DNA of 64,000 nucleotides from the human T2T-CHM13v2.0 reference genome, Homo sapiens. Position numbers and translations under genes: made by a program. Below the pieces are notes generated by a model, which was given only the letters and a program-made list of their open reading frames with translations, ran no database searches and was not told the origin of the DNA. The stretch is taken from NCBI RefSeq assembly GCF_009914755.1, contig NC_060925.1. One strand, 5' to 3'. Shown here one piece after another: positions 46,729-64,000 of the stretch. Every line of letters starts with the position of its first letter. Position 1 is the first letter of the stretch.

Positions 46729-47460
46729 CATCTCACACCAGTTAGAATGGCAATCATTAAAAAGTCAGGAAACAACAGGTGCTGGAGAGGATGTGGAGAA
46801 ATAAGAACACTTTTACACTGTTGGTGGGACTGTAAACTAGTTCAACCATTGTGGAAGACAGTGCAGCGATTCCTCAGGGATCTAGAACTAGAAATACCAT
46901 TTGACCCAGCCATCCCATTACTGGGTATATACCCAAAGGATTATAAATCATGCTGCTATAAAGACATGCACACGTATGTTTATTGCGGCACTATTCACAA
47001 TAGCAAAGACTTGGAACCAACCCAAATGTCCATCAATGACAGACTGGATTAAGAAAATGTGGCACATATACACCATGGAATACTATGCAGCCATAAAAAA
47101 GGATGAGTTCATGTCCTTTGTAGGGACATGGATGAAGCTGGAAACCATCATTCTCAGCAAACTATTGCAAGGACAAAAAACCAAACACCACGTGTTCTCA
47201 CTCATAGGTGGGAATTGAACAATGAGAACACTTGGACACAGGATGGGGAACATCACACACCGGGGCCTGTTGTGGGGTGGGGGGAGGGGGTAGGGATAGC
47301 ATTAGGAGATATACCTAATGTAAATGACGAGTTAATGGGTGCAGCACACCAACATGGCACATGTACACATATGTAACAAACCTGCACGTTGTGCACATTT
47401 ACCCTAGGACTTAAAGTATAATAAAAATATATATATATATAAATAAGTAAATTTTTTAAA
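46729..47460 (+). mobile_element. 5'-truncated primate L1 (L1PA) 3' end with frameshifted ORF2 C-terminus
   Basis: [24 protein letters not shown] peptide, G-rich 3'UTR tract, TSD aaaagaatgc. Confidence 0.95.
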
Positions 47461-47599
47461 AAAAGAATGCAGGAATAGGTAAAATTTAAGCCAAGTCTTA
47501 AAGAATGGATGGCATTTGGCCTTGAGAAGAAGTTATTTTAGTGCCTGAGATTAAAAAGGCAAACAAACAAATAGAACACAGGGTGGAAGCAAAGGATAA

Positions 47600-50960
<3,361 letters not shown>

Positions 50961-51179
50961 GTAGAAAATAATTTTTTAAAAAATTAAAAAGAATCAGTCT
51001 GCTGTGTTGAGGAGACTGCAGGGGGCAAGGGCAGAGATACAGAGACATTAGCAGGCTGTGGCAATTATCCTATTCAGGCTAAGGATGGCTTGGAGCAGGG
51101 TGATGGAGTGGAGGTGAAGGGAAGTGTTGAATTCTGGACATATTTTAGGGGCAGAGCAGAACTATGTAAATGTTAATGT

Positions 51180-52190
51180 CAATGCACCAAAACCACAATT
51201 CATACAATAAACTGATAAATTGAACTTCATCAAAACGAAAACTCTTGTGCTTCAAAAGACACTAAAGAAAATGAAAAGGCAAGCCACAGAAGGAGAGAAA
51301 ATATTTTTAAAGCCTACATCTGATAAAGGATCTGTATCCAAATACATAAATAACTTTTACAACTCAATAATAAGAAGACAAACAACCCAATTAATACATT
51401 GACAAAAGGTTTGAATAGACATTTCACCAAAGAGGATATATGAATGGTTAATAAGCACATAAAAAGATGCCCAACATCATTAGTCATTAGGGAAATGCTA
51501 ATTAAAACCACAGTGAAATACTACTTGGCACCCACTAGAATGGTTATAATCAGAAAGATAGACAGTACCAAATGCTGGCAAGAATATGGAGAAATGGGAC
51601 TCCTCATGTATTGTTGATGGGAATGTAAAATGGTACAGCTACTTTAGAAAATAGTTTGGCAGTTTCTTAAAAAGATAAACACAAATTTACTATACAACCT
51701 AGCAATTATTCCACTCCTTGTTATCTACCCAAGAGAAATGTAAACAGACATTTACACAAAGGCTAGCATGTAAATGTTCATAGCAGCACTATTCCTAATA
51801 GCCAAAAAGTGGAAGCAACCCAAACATCAATCAACACTACAGTGGAATACTATTCAATAATAGAAAGGAGGGAAATACTGATGCATGCTACAACATGGGT
51901 GACTCTCAAAAAAATTATGCTCAGTGAAAGAAGCCAGACACAAAAGACCACATAGTCTATGGTTCTATTTATATGAAATGTCCAGAAAAGGCAAATCTAT
52001 ATAGACAGAAAATAGATTAATGATTGCCTGGGGCTGGGGGTGGGAATGGAGACTGATTATAACTGGGCACGGGTAATCTTTTTGAGGTGGTAGATTTTAT
52101 TGAGGTGATGGAAATGTTCCAAAACTGGATTGGGTGATAGTTGCATGCGTTTGTAAATTTATTTAAAAATCATTAAATTATATTATTAAA
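51180..52190 (+). mobile_element. Old mammalian L1 (L1M) 3' fragment
   Basis: aaaatgaaaaggcaagccacaga, gacatttcaccaaagaggatat, tcagtgaaagaagccagacacaaaag motifs. Confidence 0.88.
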
Positions 52191-52227
52191 AAGAACATTG
52201 TTAATGATAGCATATATCTAAATGTAA

Positions 52228-58045
<5,818 letters not shown>

Positions 58046-58379
58046 AGGAATTGCTTTTTAATGACCCTAAGGAGAGCCTCCCTCATGGTCTGTCCTAATG
58101 ACCCTCAGGGCAGCTTCCCTTCCCTGTTCAGGCTTGACAGCGAATGAGGGGTTTCCAAGGCCACGGGATTTTGTTTTGAAAACCGAGACACCCAGGACAA
58201 ACCGGGACAAGACGGTCATCTTTTCAGCACTCCCTGAGCTCGGAAGCTGCCCCTAAGGGCCCCGACACATTTCCACGTTAGGCAAAGAGGATACTCATCC
58301 CAAGAAAACTTTGGCCTATCCTTTCGTTAGCGACATCCTATAGTAACCTCACCGCCCTTACCCATCTACCGGACCGGCC

Positions 58380-59160
58380 CACTTCCAGGTACTAGCTTCT
58401 TTCAACCCTGATTAGTTATGGGTGACCAGGAGCCCGCCTATGATTGGCCAGCTTCGCGATCCAGCTAGAGGCTCACTGGCCGCGGTCCCTAGTGGTACAG
58501 CGTTTCCTCCCGGCAACAGCCCGAGCCGGCGCTCATAGGCTGAGCACACTGAGGTCGGGACTGGGAGGTGGCTGCGGCGCGTGCTCATTGGCTGGTGTAT
58601 GGCTTGCAGCCACCCTTGAATTGGTTGACTCTGTACGGCTGCGCAGATGCCGACTTTAGAGGAGGCGGAGTTTCGGCCTTCGCCTGCTGGAAAAGCAGTA
58701 GGATCGGCCAGTGGCGACAGCAGGAGCTGAGCCTAAGCCCTGGCGGGGCTTTGGGCTGTAGGTGAGAACTATAGGGTTTTGGAATTCTCGAGGATCATTG
58801 CCGCTGTAGCAGTGACCGTGAGTTTTGGTGGGGGAGGGGCGGTGGGGGTGGGTCTTCCAGCGGTGAGTGATCGGCATGTTTCTCGGCCAATAGGAGAAGG
58901 AGCTTCCAGAATGGGTTCTGAGATTGGTCCTTTCCAATCTTCAAGGCCAATGGACCTCGGGAGAGGGGGGCGGGTCATCTGGGCCTTATTTTCTTCTTCC
59001 TGCGGCCGAGCTTCACTCGCCAAGGCGGCGGGGCCGGGAGGGGCCGAACCTGTGCGCGGTGAGGTTCGGGGACGGTGGGGAGCAGGGTGCGCTGCCTTTG
59101 GAGTGATGCTCGCGGGAGCGGCTGCGAGGGAAGGGTGCGGGAGTCCGAGGGGGTTGTTAG
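58380..59160 (+). promoter_or_regulatory. KDM4A: KDM4A CpG-rich, TATA-less promoter with multiple CCAAT boxes and GC boxes
   Basis: CpG enrichment; ATTGG at 58443, 58587, 58620; CCAAT/ATTGG at 58887, 58923, 58934, 58947. Confidence 0.85.
58635..58761 (+). other. KDM4A: KDM4A non-coding exon 1 (start approximate)
   Basis: TAG|gtgaga donor immediately downstream of the CCAAT pair. Confidence 0.8.
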
Positions 59161-59189
59161 CAACAGCTAGCTTTATTGAGTGGGTAAGT

Positions 59190-59390
59190 ACCGGGCCTAG
59201 TGCTTAGTGCTTCGCTTGCATCATCTGAGCTAATCACAGCGACCCTGCAGGGCAGGGGGTTGGGATCCCCATTTTACAGGTGGAGAAACTGAGACTCAAG
59301 TCAACTCACACAGCCAAGGTCACATAGCTAATAAACGGCAGAGACCGGATCTGTATTCAGAGTTTTGACTTCGGAGCCGGTGTTCTTGAA
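59190..59390 (-). mobile_element. MIR in KDM4A intron 1
   Basis: ccccattttacaggtggagaaactgag...aaggtcacatagct. Confidence 0.8.
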
Positions 59391-61034
59391 TCTCTAGGCT
59401 TTGTTACTGATTGGGAGGGAAGGTGTCATGAAACGGGAGCTTTCCCCAGGGAACAGATTTGGGGGAAGGGAATCCTAGGGTTGAAGAAGGGATGAACAAT
59501 TGAGGTGAGGGTGAGGAAATCAGTTTTTCAACAGTTACCGATTGCCTACTCTGTGCCATGCATTGTTCTAGGCATACAAAGATGAATAGGGGCAGAGGCT
59601 GATGAAGCCCATTAGGGCCCCTTTGAAGGCCCGGGGAAGGGCCCCAACATTGTATTCACATGATTGTATGTTTTTATAAAATGTGCAAAAGTAAGATATT
59701 TTGGATTCATTTTTCTTTTTAAGAGGGTCTTCAAAATTAAATAAACTTCGGGTTTCTCCACACTTGGAGCTGCCCTTGCAGAGGACTTAGTCCAGGTGGA
59801 GATGAGTATGTAAGCAGTATAGAGCAGTGGAAGGTGCACTTAATAGTGGGCTGTGGGCAAATTTCCTGGTATGTAAAACAGGGAGAACAGTATACCTGCC
59901 ATGCAAAGTTTCTGCCAGGTTCATGAAAAGCGCCTGTTTAGAAACACGCCTTATTTTTGATAGGAAGCCTAGGAGATACGGGTAACTGGATTTGCCTTCT
60001 CTCCTACCTTACACAGTTGTGCTCCGTGTTCTGCTCCCAGGCCTGTAACTAGATTTCTGGTGGATTGGAGGCGCTTTTCTCCTTTCTGAGCTCTCCAACT
60101 CTCAAAGAGAGTCTTGGAGCTGAACCGCCATACCTTTGGGCCCCAGATAGGGGGTACGGAACTGCTGGACCCTCAGTGAGGAGGGTGGGTAAAGGAAAGG
60201 ACATACTGGTGTTCCTTCTAGAATGGCCTATTTTCATTGATATGCTTTGTCTTTTTTCAGTTGAGGTGGTCTATTGCGTTACCGAGCTGTGGGGATGCAC
60301 CCACTTAGCTGAAGTTCTCATCTAAAAACAAAGTATTTATTTTGCTTTCTCCAATCAGTTATGAAGTTTTCCGTGTATTGCCAGTTTAAATTTTGTCCTT
60401 TGAGTTCTGGGTACAGTGCAACTGAACTTGTCTGTAGCTTGATTTCATTAAGTACTGCTGAAACTGCATCTTAGTTTCAACAGAACAGTTTCACTTTAGG
60501 GTTTTAAAATTATGTTACTAATATCAAAGGGCTTTTAAATCATGTTACTAATATCAAAGTACTTTTGAACCCTTAAGTTTTGTTATCTTGTAGCCACGTA
60601 ACTTTTATTAGGTATCTGGTTTAGCTGTGCCCTAGGGAGGAGCCTTGGCCTCCCAAAGTGCTGGGATTACAAGGCGTAAGCCACCGCACCCAGCCATGGG
60701 TGGCTTTCAAGTTGTAGTGTATTCTGTTTAATACTCTGAAAAGTGATTAGCAAGGTGTTAATAAGGGAGTAGCTTGAAAGGATAAGGGTAAAATATGGGC
60801 ATTTTAGCTGTACTATTAGGACCAACAACTAAATAATTAGTTTCCTTTTTTTAGCTGAAACAATTTTCTTTTTTTTTTCTTTCAAGAACAATCCTATTGC
60901 AGTAACAATGTCTCTGTTGAAATAAGGTTTGAATCCATGCAGTTTTGATACATCAGGTTCTTTTTAAACAGAACCTTTTCGATCTGTATTTCTAGTTTAT
61001 TTAAATAACTTTTTGTTGTTTATTTAAAAAAAAT

Positions 61035-61492
61035 TTTTTTTGAGACAGGGTCTCACTATGTTGCCCAGGCTGGTCTCAAACTCCTTAACTCAAGCGATCT
61101 GCCCACCTCAGTCTCCCAAAGTGCTGGGATTACAGGCTTGAGCCACCACACCCCCACCCTAAATTACTTTTCTTTCTTTCTTTCTTTCTTTTTTTTTTTT
61201 TTTTTTGAGACGGAGTTTCGCTCTTGTTGCCCAGTCTGGAGTACGATGGCGCAATCTTGGCTCACTGCAACCTTTAGCCTCCCGGGTTCAAGTGATTCTC
61301 CTGCCTCAGCCTCCCGAGTAGCTAGGATTGCAGGTGCCCGCCACCACGCCCAGCTAATTTTTTGTATTTTTAGTAGAGACAGGGTTTCACTGTGTTGGCC
61401 AGGCTGGTCTCAAACTTATGACCTCAGGCGATGCACCCGCTTTGGCCTCCCAAAGTGCTGGGATTACAGGCGTGAGCCACCGTGCCCGGCCC
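61035..61492 (-). mobile_element. Alu monomer (61035-61155) plus full Alu (61168-61492)
   Basis: consensus matches. Confidence 0.9.
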
Positions 61493-61644
61493 CTAAATAA
61501 CTTTTCTAGAGGTAGATTCCAGGTGTGAAGTCTTAACTGTGTCTTTTGAATTTCTATATTATCTTTTACTGTTTTCAGAGTTGATGTTTCCAGCACTTAA
61601 TTTTAATTTTTATATTATTTTATACTCTTAATGTGTTTCTTCAG

Positions 61645-61683
61645 ATTCCTGTCTGACTAAAGGGACCTCAAAAAGGAGGGAAA
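61645..61683 (+). other. KDM4A: KDM4A exon 2, 5'UTR part
   Basis: tttcttcag| acceptor. Confidence 0.85.
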
Positions 61684-61821
61684 ATGGCTTCTGAGTCTGA
61701 AACTCTGAATCCCAGTGCTAGGATAATGACCTTTTATCCAACTATGGAAGAGTTCCGAAACTTCAGTAGATACATTGCCTACATTGAATCCCAAGGAGCT
61801 CATCGGGCAGGGCTAGCCAAG
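61684..61821 (+). CDS. KDM4A: KDM4A (JMJD2A) first coding exon, JmjN start ([46 protein letters not shown])
   Basis: aaaATGg Kozak, JmjN motif [11 protein letters not shown]|gtaagg donor; too short for the ORF track. Confidence 0.97.
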
Positions 61822-63205
61822 GTAAGGAGCTGGGATTGTTCAAATGGTTTTGTTACCTAGGGCAGAGCAGTAAGATTTTTTTCCTACATTTGGGCCGGAA
61901 CTGTGTTTTACTGAAAGTTGGGTGGGGTGATGACTTTAGTGAATGCGGTTCTATTTGCAAGTTAATTCCCGTTGTTAACATCAGAAGCATCTCTGCTTTT
62001 AGGTAGGAAGAGAGCTACTTGGAATCTTCAGAAAGGGGGAGGTAAAGAGCTAGTGTCTCCAGGCCTGGCTGCTGTTGTGCCTCAGCCCTCTTGGTGGAGC
62101 TGGGTGCTGTGGTGTTATTGAACTGCCAGTGAGTGCTTATGCCATCTGACTTCTCTTGCTCTCATTTCAGTCTCATCCAGCACTCTAGTAGCAATTTGGC
62201 TTCCCATGTGGACTTTCTTCAAGGGGAGAGAATGCACTGGCCAGCCAACATGAGTATTCTGGTCCTTGTAATTTGAAATTGGTTTCTGGTTTGTACTTCT
62301 TTCTCCTGTGAGTTGGATTCGTTATTTTTCCTGAGTCAAATCAGCTTTTCATATATTCTGTCACAATCAGGTTGAGTGCTGGAAGCTGAAAGAACTGCAT
62401 TTCTGGAGAGATCCTCAGGAAACTGAGAGGCAGGGACCTCAGTCTAAGCCAGGAGGAAATTTTTTACACCATTTTATGTTGTTTGAATTCCCTACCATAT
62501 GTGCTTGTTACATTTTCAATATGAAAAGAGAAAGCAAGAACATTGGCTACAAAGCTGAGGACCAGTCTTGGACCCTGGTGCCTCCAGAGACTTGAGACGA
62601 CCACATCCTCTTTCTTATCTGCAGATACGGCTACTGCTGGGTTAATAACAGCAGGCGGGAATAGCAGGGCCTGCAGTGCAGTTTTTCATAGCACATTGCT
62701 TTTTTTGGTTGTACTTTATTAGATTTAAAGTTACCAAAAAAATGTCGGTTATTACAAGTTAAATATTTCAAACGCAGATAAAGAAAAGGCTGATCTTCAT
62801 CCACCTTCTCCAGTGCCGTCTCCTTAAGTGGTAATAGCTCCCTCCACACCTTTTTCTCTGCTCATACAAACATACACACATATAAAATAGTGTTATTTGT
62901 TTTGTTTTTAAAAGAGAATGGCATCATGCCATATACATTCCTGTGTTGGTTCGTTCATTCTTTTTTCTTTTTTTTTTTCTTTTTTCCTTTTTAACAACAT
63001 ATATTCCTCCCTCTAGGTCAATTATGGATTCAACTCATTCTTCTTTTTTCTCATGTCGACTGTCTTGTTAATTTATTACTATTGGAATGGGTAATTTGAT
63101 TATGTGAGTAAAAACAGAATGCTATTGGAAGGTAGCTAATGTAGAGTCTTGCTCCCTTTCCGTATTTTCTTATATGTCCTTTCAGTGTTGCCTTATGCAG
63201 ATGCT

Positions 63206-63210
<5 letters not shown>

Positions 63211-63238
<28 letters not shown>
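63211..63238. repeat. (GT)14 microsatellite
   Basis: read directly. Confidence 0.95.
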
Positions 63239-63243
<5 letters not shown>

Positions 63244-63346
63244 CCCTTGTTACATAAAGTAAAACAATACTCTCTAATTAAAAAAAAAAAAGCTGTATAG
63301 TATTCCATAAAGCAGATCTATCTTACTTAACTATTCAAGATTAGAT

Positions 63347-63644
<298 letters not shown>

Positions 63645-64000
63645 TCAAGATTAGATTTTTAAGAATGTTATGCTTCTTTGTAATTAAACTGTAATCTAGT
63701 GTGTGAAAAAAGGAAATTCTGTACAAGTATAGAGTTGACCAAATCAAGTAAAGTTGTGTTTGTGATTTTTTTAAAGAGAGCCCTGGGCTAGGAGATTGAG
63801 AGAGAATCAAGTCTTTAATCTCCTTTCTTGGTGTCCAAATAAGATACTGAAGCTGGGAACAAGTATTACTTACCTTAGGTTGCTGCAATTAGGCAGCTGG
63901 TTGGTGGCAAAAGTGGATCAGGGTTAGCATGCCTGTGACTTACTGTGTTTTGGTGAATGTGGGTAAATCAAAGTAACTGTCTAGTAAAATTGACTGTTAG

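Noticed and set aside
46747-47218. L1 ORF2-like ORFs as an active gene
   Set aside because: 5'-truncated and frameshifted; only the C-terminal remnant is present
58444-59207. ORFs across the KDM4A CpG island
   Set aside because: Expected in stop-poor GC-rich DNA; near-cognate starts and no recognisable domains

Overview
Human (primate) genomic DNA, recognisable as chr1p34. Positions 1-~32170 hold the 3' two-thirds of PTPRF (LAR receptor tyrosine phosphatase) on the + strand, from FNIII repeat 3 through the TM segment and the D1/D2 phosphatase domains to the stop at 30508 and a ~1.65 kb 3'UTR. I traced 24 frame-consistent constitutive coding exons and three frame-preserving microexons (27, 12 and 33 nt). 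A ~26 kb intergenic tract follows with about 40 Alu/Alu-monomer copies plus L1, MER2, MER5A and MIR. The window ends with the CpG/CCAAT promoter, non-coding exon 1 and first coding exon of KDM4A. No prokaryotic features or CRISPR arrays; almost all long ORFs in the track outside exons are spurious. The best lead is a site in the PTPRF 3'UTR (31791-31813) that pairs to nt 2-21 of miR-199-3p with two central bulges, the architecture of a target-directed miRNA degradation trigger. Other leads: a tailless tRNA-Thr(CGT) 5'-half retrocopy with 16-bp TSDs, several unannotated-looking in-frame cassette candidates, and two degenerate intronic motif arrays. Gene, repeat, miRNA and tRNA identities come from recall, not database searches; repeat boundaries are approximate.
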